Assembly: GCA_041659405.1 (NCBI GenBank)
Contig: JBAZYK010000003.1
Location: forward strand, 90,001-122,000
Length of the DNA: 32,000 bases
Origin: Candidatus Altimarinota bacterium
GTDB lineage: Bacteria; Patescibacteriota; Gracilibacteria; UBA1369
Direction: 5' to 3'
The notes below the pieces were generated by a model, which was not told the origin of the DNA, did no database searches, and saw only the letters and a program-made list of their open reading frames with translations. The translations under genes and the position numbers were made by a program. How positions within the stretch are numbered: position 1 is the first letter of the stretch; the number at the start of each line of letters is the position of its first letter. Below, piece by piece: positions 15,748 through 24,669 of this stretch.

Positions 15748-17217
15748 ATGGTCTCAAATTCGACCCTGGCTTCAACCTCCACCATCAAAAACCCAAATAC
15801 TGCAGCCAAACAAAGCGTGGCTTTAAGTTCGGTTTTTGCAAGTTTTGGGCTAACAATCATGAAATTAATTGTGGGAATTTTGAGCATGAGTATGGGAATT
15901 ATTTCCGAAGCCGCCCATTCCGCCCTTGATTTGGGAGCGGCACTTTTGACCTATTTTGCAGTTAAGGCTGGGGACAAACCGGCCGACGACGACCACCATT
16001 ACGGCCATGGCAAAATTGAAAGTGTTTCTGCTTTGATAGAAACCGGCCTGCTTTTTTTGACCAGCGCCTGGATTATTTATGAGTCCGTTCATCGCTTAAT
16101 GTCAGACACTATCGAAGTTGAAACAACCTGGTTCACTTTTGCGGTTATGATTATTTCCATTTTAGTCGATTTTTCACGTTCACGAGCCTTAAAAAAAGTG
16201 GCCAAAGCTACCCACAGTCAGGCGCTGGAAGCTGATGCCTTGCATTTCAGTTCGGACATTTTAAGTTCCGGCGTGGTCATAATTGGTTTGGCACTTGTAG
16301 CCTTTGGATTAAAATCCGCTGATGCCTATGCCGCAATTGGCGTTTCTATTTTTGTTGGATATGCCGGTTATAATTTGGGAAAAAGAACGCTGGAAGTTTT
16401 AACCGACGCCGCACCAATCGGTCTGCGTGAAAGAATTATGGAAATCGCCAAAAAAGTGGATGGCGTAATTACAGTGGAAAAAGTCCGGGTCAGACCAATA
16501 GGAATTGATACTTTTATTGATATGACGGTTTTTGTCAGCCGCATTTTACCGCTTGTTAAAGCCCACGGAATCACCAACCTGATCATTGAAGAAGTCCGCA
16601 AAGAAATCCCCGGCACCGACATTACAATCCACATTAAACCTTTGCCGCTTGATTCCGAAACCATTATCGAACAGGTTAAAGTTGTGGCAGCGCACCACGA
16701 TCTGCAAATTCCCAATATCACCATTTTCACCGAAAATAAAAAGCAGCATTTAAGTTATGAGCTTGAGGTTAATCCGGCGTTAAAGCTGCAAAAAGCTCAC
16801 GATATTGCCACCAATTTAGAGAAAATGATTAGTGCGGAAATCGGCACCGACATTGAAATAAACACGCATATTGAACCGGTTCATTCAGAGGTTGTCCACG
16901 CTCATCACGTTTCCGAAGCGGAAAGAAAAGACGCAAGCGATTGCATCCGGGAATCAGCCAAAAAAATCAAAATAATTCAGGGCGTTCACGAGATCAACAT
17001 CAGCAAATTTGGCCATAAATTTTTTGTTTCTTTCCACGCTTTGTTTCCTGGTGATGCCGTTTTGGAAGAAGTCCATCAGGCAGCCGACGAGCTTGAGTTC
17101 GCCATAAAATCAAAATGCCAACACATCGGCAAAGTTGTGATTCATGCGGAACCAATGGAGGAAGCCAACTCAACAGAAAAAACGGAAAAAGACTCGGACG
17201 GATGCCATCAAAAATAG
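15748..17217 (+). CDS. cation diffusion facilitator (CDF) family transporter with three tandem C-terminal cytoplasmic domains
   Basis: The TM region has HSALD, HHYGHGK and HFSSD metal-site motifs. Three successive ~75-aa units follow, ending ITIHIKP, INTHIEP and VVIHAEP. Confidence 0.85.
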   Translation: MVSNSTLASTSTIKNPNTAAKQSVALSSVFASFGLTIMKLIVGILSMSMGIISEAAHSALDLGAALLTYFAVKAGDKPADDDHHYGHGKIESVSALIETGLLFLTSAWIIYESVHRLMSDTIEVETTWFTFAVMIISILVDFSRSRALKKVAKATHSQALEADALHFSSDILSSGVVIIGLALVAFGLKSADAYAAIGVSIFVGYAGYNLGKRTLEVLTDAAPIGLRERIMEIAKKVDGVITVEKVRVRPIGIDTFIDMTVFVSRILPLVKAHGITNLIIEEVRKEIPGTDITIHIKPLPLDSETIIEQVKVVAAHHDLQIPNITIFTENKKQHLSYELEVNPALKLQKAHDIATNLEKMISAEIGTDIEINTHIEPVHSEVVHAHHVSEAERKDASDCIRESAKKIKIIQGVHEINISKFGHKFFVSFHALFPGDAVLEEVHQAADELEFAIKSKCQHIGKVVIHAEPMEEANSTEKTEKDSDGCHQK

Positions 17218-17271
17218 AGCATTTGCGCAAAAAAACTCGTCCAATCAAAAATCCCAAAAATTATTAATTGA

Positions 17272-18201
17272 TCAAACCTTCCCCAAAACCAGCGCCAAAA
17301 GCGCCATTCTAACCGCCACGCCGTTTCTAACCTGGCGGAAGTAAGCTGCGCCCGGCATATCATCCACATCCATCGAAATTTCGCCAACTCTTGGCAGCGG
17401 ATGCATAATCGTCATTTTTGGATTGTACTTTTCGATCAAAGCGCGCGTCAAAACGTAGTAATGCTTAAAGCGCTCATACTCGGCCAAATCGGCAAAACGC
17501 TCACGCTGAACACGAGTGTCATAAACAACCTGAGCCTGCTTTAAGGCCGGTTCAAGCTCTTCCATTTCCTCAAACGCGACCCCTTTTCCCTTCAAAGTCG
17601 CCTTGACCGTTTCCGGCATTTTTAGCGCTTCCGGAGAGACAAAAATCAACTTTACCTTATAGTGCGATAAAAGTTGCGACAAAGAATGCACCGTCCGGCC
17701 ATATTTCAAATCGCCAACCATCGCAATGGTCAGACCATCAATTTTGCCGCATTCCTTAGCGATTGTAAACATGTCCAAAAGTGCCTGGGTTGGATGTTCC
17801 CCCGCCCCATCACCGGCATTTATCACCGGCACCGAAGCGCTTTCCGCCAATTCAACCGCCGATCCTGTAGTTGGATGACGCATCACAATCACATCCGCAT
17901 AATTTTCCACAACTTTAGCGGTATCATACAAAGTTTCACCTTTAGCCAGGGACGAATTTTCCATTCCCACAGCAGTAATCACGCGCCCACCAAGCCGATT
18001 CATGGCTGTCTCAAAACTCAAACGAGTGCGAGTGCTCGGTTCATAAAAAAGCGCCGCCATAACTTTTCCCGCCAAAAGATCCGAAGTTTTCTCTTTCAAA
18101 GCAATCGGCAAGAACTTCTCGGCAACTTCAAGCACATGGTCAATTTCCGCACGAGAAAAACCTTCAGCCGAAAGAACATCGCTGCCAGTAAAATTTTTCA
18201 T
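17272..18201 (-). CDS. pyrB: aspartate carbamoyltransferase catalytic subunit
   Basis: Has EPSTRTRLSFE, HPTQALLD and HPLPR motifs. ATG 18201 (MKNFTGSDVLS) is preferred over the 47-codon low-complexity extension in the ORF track. Confidence 0.9.
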   Translation of the reverse strand: MKNFTGSDVLSAEGFSRAEIDHVLEVAEKFLPIALKEKTSDLLAGKVMAALFYEPSTRTRLSFETAMNRLGGRVITAVGMENSSLAKGETLYDTAKVVENYADVIVMRHPTTGSAVELAESASVPVINAGDGAGEHPTQALLDMFTIAKECGKIDGLTIAMVGDLKYGRTVHSLSQLLSHYKVKLIFVSPEALKMPETVKATLKGKGVAFEEMEELEPALKQAQVVYDTRVQRERFADLAEYERFKHYYVLTRALIEKYNPKMTIMHPLPRVGEISMDVDDMPGAAYFRQVRNGVAVRMALLALVLGKV

Positions 18202-18349
18202 AAATTTGAAGTAAGATTCTATGAAACTTATACCTTTTTTTAGGAACAAAAAAAAGCTATTCTTGATTTGACTATAAGAAAAACTGTAAGAAAAAGGCAC
18301 TCGAGGGGTTATCCGTAATGGGAAAACCTCCCCAAAACTCACAAAAACG

Positions 18350-18377
18350 TTGACAAAAGACGGAAAAGTGATAAGAT
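18350..18377 (+). promoter_or_regulatory. sigma70-type promoter of the 957-aa gene
   Basis: TTGACA (18350-18355), 16 nt, then TGaTAAGAT (-10 at 18372-18377), 25 nt upstream of ATG 18402. Confidence 0.5.
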
Positions 18378-18401
18378 AAGGCCTTCTTTATGTAAAAACT
18401 T

Positions 18402-21275
18402 ATGGCAGATACATTAAAACCTGACGATTTTGAACCTCAAGGACCGGAAACGGCTCCAGGGCAAAACGTGCCTACGCCTGAGTACTTGGAACAAAACTGG
18501 GACACACTTATTATAAAAGCTGAACTAAGAACTGATCAGATAACACATGAAGCATTAAGAAATGGAGTTGTGCAAACTCTAATTGAGCAGGGTTTCAATT
18601 TTGATCCTAATGATCAACAAAATGCCCAAATAGTGAATGATATTAATCAAAAAATCTGGAAAAGTGTTGAAAAATTAGCCAAAAAAACGATCAGAGGATT
18701 ATTCAATGGTTGGATAAAGGAGAGGAAGTTTAGAAGAAAAACCCCATCCAAAATAGCCAATATCATGGCTACAAGAGAAGCGCAACGCCGTCAAGACGTA
18801 GCCAGGGACATGGCTGAAAAAGGAGTTGCCGGAAGAAATATTTTGGATTATTTTATTGATGGCCAAAATGAGTTTATCGAAAAAGAATTCTGCAGACTGG
18901 CAAATAGTGGCACTGCAGGAATAATGAGTAATGAACCGACAGACCAAGCTAAAGTACCAAGCACAAATCAAGATAGAGGTTTAAATCTAAACCATCTTGT
19001 TAAAGGGTTTAAGCCCGAAGAAGGAACCCGAGTAAGAGCCGTTACTGCCGACCTTTTGCGAAAAAATCTTCCAACGGGGCGTCCCGCAGCCAGAAGAAAA
19101 GAAGATGACGCATATGTAAGTTTAAGTAGCGTTCCTGCAGCGTTAGCTCAAGCTGGAATATTACTAAACCAAGCTGCGCCTACTCAAGCGGAAACGGCTT
19201 CAAAACCAGCATCTATTCCACCAGCGGCTCCTCAAGCGGAAGCCCCTGTTAAACCTACCGCAGAAGAAGCTGCAATTTTAGTTGCCAAAGTTTTGGATAG
19301 ACCTAATTTAGTGACTCAAGCAAGAGTAGCCCCCATCCTTCCACCATCTGCCGCTCCGATCACTAGACCTATCGCCCCCGCCGCCCCTAGGGTTCCTGCC
19401 TTAAGTAGCGCAACTACGCAACGATTACCAATCATTACCTGGGAAAGAAGATTTGTAAGCAAAATGAATAATGCCTGGGAGAAAGTAACCTCAGCCGTTT
19501 CTTCAATGTTTCCTTCTGCTAAAACCATGAAAAGATTAGGAGGTGCCATGCTTGTAGCTGGAGCAGGTCTCGCAGTATATTCCGGATCTCAAACCACACA
19601 GACAAATTCCGAAACAACACCACAAAATTCTGCGGCAAGCACTCCGGGAAAACCGGAAGCCTTAACTGCTACAACCGCAACTACTTCAACAGCAAGCCCA
19701 AATACAACTGCCACAACTTCAGCAGAAGCAAAAGCTGTAGATGCCGGAACTCAAGCTGCACCACAAAATTACGCACCTGCCGCTCAAGCCAAAACGCCAG
19801 AACAGGCTCCAACAGGCTCAACTTTCACAATTGAAACCGATCCGGACAAAAATCCCGGCCTTGAAAAACTCACAAATGCAATCAAAGCTGCTCAAACAAT
19901 CGCAAAAGCAATCGCAAAAGTTGCCGCAAAAACAAGCACAATTTCATCCGATCGTGTTCAAATTTATAAAGCATTTCTGGAAAAAGCTGTCCAGGAATAT
20001 CCACAAGGAACCAATGGCACAGGCCATTATTTCGAAGACCATTTAAATGTTCTTAATAAATTGTTGGCCAAGAATCCAAATGCAACAGCCGCAGATCTGG
20101 AAAAAGCTTTTGAACATTCTTTAAATGATAGATTGCTTTTTGGGGCTATTATGGCTAAGACCGGCCCTTCCGCTCCAACCGATAAATTTCATTTTGATAC
20201 TACAACTGATCAAAATGGCGATATCCAGTTCAATGATCCAAGCAACCTTAAGAGCTTTAATGAAATTCGCAGAGGTAAACTTGCAATCGCCAAAACCCTG
20301 GAAGCAACAATTAAATATTTTGAAGAACACCCCTTCACATCTGATAATTTCAAAGTTTGCGCTCTGGAATTTATAGAACGCGCCAAAGAAATTCAACCGG
20401 GTTTGGATAAAGAGGCTGCCGAAGCCAAAGGTCAAATTTTTGACCCAAAGAAAAAATCTGGAGCAATTTACATACTTAAGAAATGGAAGGAAAATATTGA
20501 AGCAGGCAGCGACGCTAGAACTCCAATTCATGAATTGATGGGGAAAATCATCCAGGTTCAAGGAAAAACCACTCAACTTGAAACTGCGCCGGCGGATGAC
20601 ACAACTGCACCTACGTTTAACAACTTCAACGTCGCTCCTGAAAAACTTGGCATTTTGAAACCTGCCACTTTTGGCCCATGGCAAACAATTGCTGTTGATC
20701 CTGTACAGGTTGGAAAATCGGGACAATCAAAACAAGCTAATTCAAGCCTTAAACAACCTCAAGTTGAAAAACTGGCCCAACTCGAACGCGATTTACAAAT
20801 TATGCAGGATGGTTACCGCACTCCGGTCGACACAGTCCAAACCGCCGCAAGCTTTAAGGCGCTTGATGTGCTGGATAGAATGGTTGAAAAACGAGAAGCC
20901 GCTGGAATCAAACAGGCAACAGCGGAAGAACTCATGCAGGCCAAAATCAACGCAATCACAGAAGATGAATTGAGTAAACCGGCCAAAACCGCGGAACAAC
21001 TCATGCAGGCCAGAATCAATGAAATTACCAAACATGAATTGGGCAAGCCAGCCAAAACAGCGGAACAACTCATGCAGGCCAGAATCGATGCAATCACCAA
21101 AGATGAATTGGGCAAGCCAGCCAAAACAGCGGAACAACTCATGCAAGCCAAAATCGACGCAATCACCAAAGATGAATTAAGCAAACCGGTTGCCGCTGAA
21201 AAAGCCGCAACTCCGGCTACTCAAGAACTTTCTCAAGACGAACAACTCGCTGCGATTGATGCGAATTGGGCATAA
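18402..21275 (+). CDS. large hypothetical envelope/surface protein (957 aa) with a Pro/Ala/Thr-rich linker, one TM segment and C-terminal 23-aa repeats
   Basis: Long intact ORF. Has a hydrophobic segment LGGAMLVAGAGLAVYSG near aa 380, low-complexity PAAP/TTAT stretches, and 4 x TAEQLMQA(R/K)I(D/N)AITKDEL(G/S)KPAK. Confidence 0.75.
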   Translation: MADTLKPDDFEPQGPETAPGQNVPTPEYLEQNWDTLIIKAELRTDQITHEALRNGVVQTLIEQGFNFDPNDQQNAQIVNDINQKIWKSVEKLAKKTIRGLFNGWIKERKFRRKTPSKIANIMATREAQRRQDVARDMAEKGVAGRNILDYFIDGQNEFIEKEFCRLANSGTAGIMSNEPTDQAKVPSTNQDRGLNLNHLVKGFKPEEGTRVRAVTADLLRKNLPTGRPAARRKEDDAYVSLSSVPAALAQAGILLNQAAPTQAETASKPASIPPAAPQAEAPVKPTAEEAAILVAKVLDRPNLVTQARVAPILPPSAAPITRPIAPAAPRVPALSSATTQRLPIITWERRFVSKMNNAWEKVTSAVSSMFPSAKTMKRLGGAMLVAGAGLAVYSGSQTTQTNSETTPQNSAASTPGKPEALTATTATTSTASPNTTATTSAEAKAVDAGTQAAPQNYAPAAQAKTPEQAPTGSTFTIETDPDKNPGLEKLTNAIKAAQTIAKAIAKVAAKTSTISSDRVQIYKAFLEKAVQEYPQGTNGTGHYFEDHLNVLNKLLAKNPNATAADLEKAFEHSLNDRLLFGAIMAKTGPSAPTDKFHFDTTTDQNGDIQFNDPSNLKSFNEIRRGKLAIAKTLEATIKYFEEHPFTSDNFKVCALEFIERAKEIQPGLDKEAAEAKGQIFDPKKKSGAIYILKKWKENIEAGSDARTPIHELMGKIIQVQGKTTQLETAPADDTTAPTFNNFNVAPEKLGILKPATFGPWQTIAVDPVQVGKSGQSKQANSSLKQPQVEKLAQLERDLQIMQDGYRTPVDTVQTAASFKALDVLDRMVEKREAAGIKQATAEELMQAKINAITEDELSKPAKTAEQLMQARINEITKHELGKPAKTAEQLMQARIDAITKDELGKPAKTAEQLMQAKIDAITKDELSKPVAAEKAATPATQELSQDEQLAAIDANWA
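20922..21190 (+). repeat. 4 tandem copies of a 69-bp (23-codon) coding repeat
   Basis: Copies start at 20922, 20991, 21060 and 21129 (period 69). All are in frame within the 957-aa ORF. Confidence 0.9.
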
Positions 21276-21321
21276 ATCTGGAAAATTTCACGTTCGCTAG
21301 CACAAGCCAAAAATAGACCAT

Positions 21322-21346
21322 AAAATCCGGGACATCCCGGATTTTT
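21322..21346. terminator. bidirectional intrinsic terminator between convergent genes
   Basis: AAAATCCGGG-ACAT-CCCGGATTTT forms a 10-bp stem with A/T runs on both sides. It lies between the stop of the 957-aa gene (+) and the stop of the GNAT gene (-). Confidence 0.7.
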
Positions 21347-21391
21347 GAGTTATGCAATGAAGATTAAACTTTGGCAAATGGAATAGAACCA

Positions 21392-21853
21392 CTAACGCAT
21401 AGCAGTCGAATATTCCATCAGCATTATGGGGAGTTTTTGGCCGTTTCGTTCTATCATTTTTTCACCAATTTCAATGAATCCATATTTTTTGTAAAAAGAC
21501 ACGGCATTCAGACTTGCTTCCACTTTAATTGCAGGAGCATTTTCCTTTTTTGCCATTTCAAGGCCATGCTGCAAAAGTGATTTGCCAAGACCTTTTTTGT
21601 GAAATTCGGGATCCACGAATATAGCCACGATTTCCCCAGGCACAGCATGTCCAAATCCCCTAATTTTACCTTCGATTTCTTCAACATACATTTCACCATT
21701 TTTGATACCTTCCAAATACCCTTCCGGCGTCCTGTTTTTCAGCCAGCCATCTATTTGGATTTCGGTATAAAAACCTACACACGCCTCTCTCACGGCGCGC
21801 GTGTGTATGCCATGTATCCCTTTTGCATCTGATTCTATTGCCTTTCTGATCAT
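21392..21853 (-). CDS. GNAT-family N-acetyltransferase
   Basis: 153 aa. Has the acetyl-CoA motif VDPEFHKKGLGKSLLQHGLEMA and a typical GNAT C-terminus, AVSFYKKYGF. Confidence 0.85.
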   Translation of the reverse strand: MIRKAIESDAKGIHGIHTRAVREACVGFYTEIQIDGWLKNRTPEGYLEGIKNGEMYVEEIEGKIRGFGHAVPGEIVAIFVDPEFHKKGLGKSLLQHGLEMAKKENAPAIKVEASLNAVSFYKKYGFIEIGEKMIERNGQKLPIMLMEYSTAMR

Positions 21854-21863
21854 GGAAATTTAG

Positions 21864-21880
21864 TTAACCACCGCCCCCCC
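21864..21880. repeat. TTAACCACC + C-run motif (copy 1)
   Basis: TTAACCACCGCCCCCCC lies between the stop of the SLH/beta-propeller gene and the start of the GNAT gene. The same 9-mer plus a C-run recurs at 25762-25782. Confidence 0.7.
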
Positions 21881-24504
21881 TACAACGGCATCGGCTTTGG
21901 CAAATCACCGCCCAAATCCTGCAAAAGCAGACTTCCAACATCATGCAGATCACTCAAAGCGTTGGCTTTTACCATTGTCCCAGAAACCGTATACAGATTT
22001 TCGCCGATGTACAGCAAACGTCTAACAATATCGTCCGGATGCGCGATTTTACCCTGCAGTTTAAAGCCGTCCGTCAGCCCAACCTTATAAACATAAGCCC
22101 CCTGGAAGGCCAAACTGGAGCTATCGCCGGTGCCTTCATAAACCGAAATGGGGAAAGCCAAAAGCCCCTTCGCCTTATCAAACAACAAAGCCCTGTGATC
22201 ACTCAAAAGCTCGCTATCGGTCCCACGCGCGCCAATCACCTGCGTAAACATTTCTTTTGGCTGATTCACATTCGTCACATCAAAAAGTCCCAGTTTCATG
22301 CCCTGCACAGCGGTATAATAAACCGCACTTGGACTATGAACTTTATCCGCGTCGATACTTTCATCCACCATTTTTCCAAAACCAATCAAATGAGTTGCGT
22401 CATAAGGATGCAAATAATTGCTGTAACCCGGAATCTTCAATTCTCCCAAAATTTTTGGCGCAGTTGGAACCGACAAATCAATCACAAACAGCGGATCAAT
22501 CTGCTTGAAAGTCACAAGATAACCACGATTTCCCACAAATCGCGCCGAAAAAATACTTTCCCCCGGAGCGATATTGGAAACCGCACCAATTTGCTTCATC
22601 GCAGAATTCAAAACAAAAACATTGTTGCTGGTTTTTGGCTCCATTGGAGCAATCGGCGCAATCATCACACCGCCCGAAACACTAACATCAGTCGCCGGTG
22701 CCATCATTGGCAAAGGACCAGCATTATATTCCGTTTGAGTCGTCGCAATTCGCACATTTCCACTCGCCTCTTCATCCATACTAAACTGGTTCAAAACCGT
22801 TCCTTTTACGCTACCCGAAGCCACAAATTTGATCGTGCCATCGCCAAGCGCAAATTTATACAAACCGGTCATTTGCGTTCCACCATTATAATAGCCGCCA
22901 CGCCAGTCTGTTGCCGCCACATACAAATTGCCGGTTGAAGCATAAACATTATCCACACTGCCAACCACTACCTCACGCTGAACGTCTTTTGTCGCACTAT
23001 CAAGCGGAATCGCAGCCGTAATCAAGAAATTATAAGAAGAAGGTTTTGGGAAAATTCTGATCCCCGAACAAGGCACAATCAATTCCTCTTTCCCATTTTT
23101 TGAATCAGTCATTTTTGGCAAGAAACTTTCCGGATTAAGTTCACTTTCCGTACGTTCCTGCTGATAATAATATGGAAAAGAAGGATAGTCGTTCATCACC
23201 ATGTAAACGGTAGAACCAATACGACGAGAAGTATTGTAATTGCCGTCAAATTCCACAGTTCGCCCAATCACCGGTTTAGAATGATCCGTAACATCAACAA
23301 TCACCACTTTTGTACGATTTGAAGAGCGATAATACGGCATCATTGAAGGCGCCATTATGCCCTGATCAACCGGCTCAATGGTCTTCGTCATCGGATACAT
23401 CATCCCACCGGAACTTCCAACAATCACCAGATTATTTCCGGAAAGATACATTTCCTTTGGATAAAAATTGCCGGAACTATCCACAACAATAGAAGCCAAT
23501 TCCTTCATTGGACTTGCCGGATAAGCATCTACAATACGAACTGTTTGACCTTTAACCGTGTAAATATACTTACCATCATTTTTCACGATATCGGCCTCAT
23601 CCACACCTACAACCTGGACATTGGTTGTGGAATGGTCAACAGAACCAACCGTTGAGCCGGAAGAATCCGCAGGCGCCGGAGCCGCAGTTGGAGCCATTTC
23701 CGCACTCTTCACTGCATCTTGTAACATCATCGGAACCCCGTAGCCACCACCATAAATTCCACCACTGCCCTTCATCCCATCCGCATATCTATTTTGAAAA
23801 TCCACGCAAGAAGACGCTGTTACCAACCCATCACCATTAATTTCCGCAAAATTGCGTGAAGCTTTATCGGTAACGTTATCATGAATTCTCCAAACCATTT
23901 CCGCAGTTTCGCCACGTTTCACATTTTGATCAAAATATTCAACAGTTAAAGGAATATCTTTTTTTGCCGCCAAAGCATCCACAAATTGTTTAAACCAAAG
24001 TTTGGCATCTGGCTGACCTTTGCTCAAATTGTAAGCATTTGTAATGATTTTTGAAGCCTCCGAAAATTTAATTTTATCGGCAGGATTAAAAACTTTGCCG
24101 GTACCAACTCCACTAACAATCCCCTTGGCCTTCGCCGCGCAAATATAAGGCGCAAACCATTCGGTATGAACATCATCAAAACAATTTTGCATGGCAGGAT
24201 TTTGAAGAGCCGCAGCCAAATCAGCAGGCGTAGGACCAACAATCGGCGCCATCAAAAGTTTCATAAATTCCGCGCGATTCATTTCCTGATCAGGTTTATA
24301 AGTTCCATCCGCATAACCCTGAATTATCCCATCAGTCTGCAATTTTTGAATAGCTGTTGAGTCAGTTCGATCAACAGTCACATCAGAAAAAATTGAAGGG
24401 GCGGTCTGCGCCTTAACCAAAGCAATTTTCATCGCCGGCTGAATACCAAAAGACGAAATCACCAATGAAAACAACACCAATAACGGAAGAAAAGTTTTTT
24501 TCAT
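21880..24504 (-). CDS. secreted SLH-domain protein with C-terminal beta-propeller domain
   Basis: Signal-peptide-like start MKKTFLPLLVLFSLVISSFG. Has two SLH-like units (FSDVTVDRTDSTAIQKLQTDGIIQGYADGTYKPDQEMNRAEFMKLLM and CFDDVHTEWFAPYICAAKAKGIVSG). The C-terminal two-thirds resembles the secreted beta-propeller family (VGVDEADIVKNDGKYIYTV). ATG 24504 is preferred over 24609. Confidence 0.8.
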   Translation of the reverse strand: MKKTFLPLLVLFSLVISSFGIQPAMKIALVKAQTAPSIFSDVTVDRTDSTAIQKLQTDGIIQGYADGTYKPDQEMNRAEFMKLLMAPIVGPTPADLAAALQNPAMQNCFDDVHTEWFAPYICAAKAKGIVSGVGTGKVFNPADKIKFSEASKIITNAYNLSKGQPDAKLWFKQFVDALAAKKDIPLTVEYFDQNVKRGETAEMVWRIHDNVTDKASRNFAEINGDGLVTASSCVDFQNRYADGMKGSGGIYGGGYGVPMMLQDAVKSAEMAPTAAPAPADSSGSTVGSVDHSTTNVQVVGVDEADIVKNDGKYIYTVKGQTVRIVDAYPASPMKELASIVVDSSGNFYPKEMYLSGNNLVIVGSSGGMMYPMTKTIEPVDQGIMAPSMMPYYRSSNRTKVVIVDVTDHSKPVIGRTVEFDGNYNTSRRIGSTVYMVMNDYPSFPYYYQQERTESELNPESFLPKMTDSKNGKEELIVPCSGIRIFPKPSSYNFLITAAIPLDSATKDVQREVVVGSVDNVYASTGNLYVAATDWRGGYYNGGTQMTGLYKFALGDGTIKFVASGSVKGTVLNQFSMDEEASGNVRIATTQTEYNAGPLPMMAPATDVSVSGGVMIAPIAPMEPKTSNNVFVLNSAMKQIGAVSNIAPGESIFSARFVGNRGYLVTFKQIDPLFVIDLSVPTAPKILGELKIPGYSNYLHPYDATHLIGFGKMVDESIDADKVHSPSAVYYTAVQGMKLGLFDVTNVNQPKEMFTQVIGARGTDSELLSDHRALLFDKAKGLLAFPISVYEGTGDSSSLAFQGAYVYKVGLTDGFKLQGKIAHPDDIVRRLLYIGENLYTVSGTMVKANALSDLHDVGSLLLQDLGGDLPKPMPL

Positions 24505-24617
24505 AAATAAAATTAAGAATGCACTCAGTATAATACGCCAAATGAAAAATATTACACCAAAACTTCTCATTTCCAGAGGCCATCCTTTAGAGCTCACCCC
24601 CAATTTCAAGTTCCCTC

Positions 24618-24646
24618 TTGACTTGGCGCAAATGCATCGCTATAGT
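24618..24646 (+). promoter_or_regulatory. sigma70-type promoter of carA
   Basis: TTGACT (24618-24623), 17 nt, TATAGT (24641-24646), 23 nt upstream of ATG 24670. Confidence 0.5.
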
Positions 24647-24669
24647 AGAAAAAACTTCAGTTACCTCTC

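Noticed and set aside
17674-18243. 189-aa plus-strand ORF.
   Set aside because: It is an antisense shadow of pyrB.
18202-18342. N-terminal extensions in the ORF track for pyrB (to 18342), pyrK (to 9278), higB (to 8333) and the SLH/beta-propeller protein (to 24609).
   Set aside because: The extensions are low-complexity or hydrophobic. They overlap upstream genes or predicted promoters and precede an ATG that begins the conserved domain or signal peptide. The internal starts were used instead.
20793-21184. Two minus-strand ORFs with internally repeated peptides, and the question of whether the 69-bp repeats are a CRISPR array.
   Set aside because: The ORFs are antisense artefacts of the coding repeat. 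The repeats are directly tandem with no unique spacers and are in frame within the 957-aa ORF, so this is not CRISPR.
21943-22938. 331-aa plus-strand ORF.
   Set aside because: It is an antisense shadow of the SLH/beta-propeller gene, with an Arg/His/Ile-rich nonsense composition.
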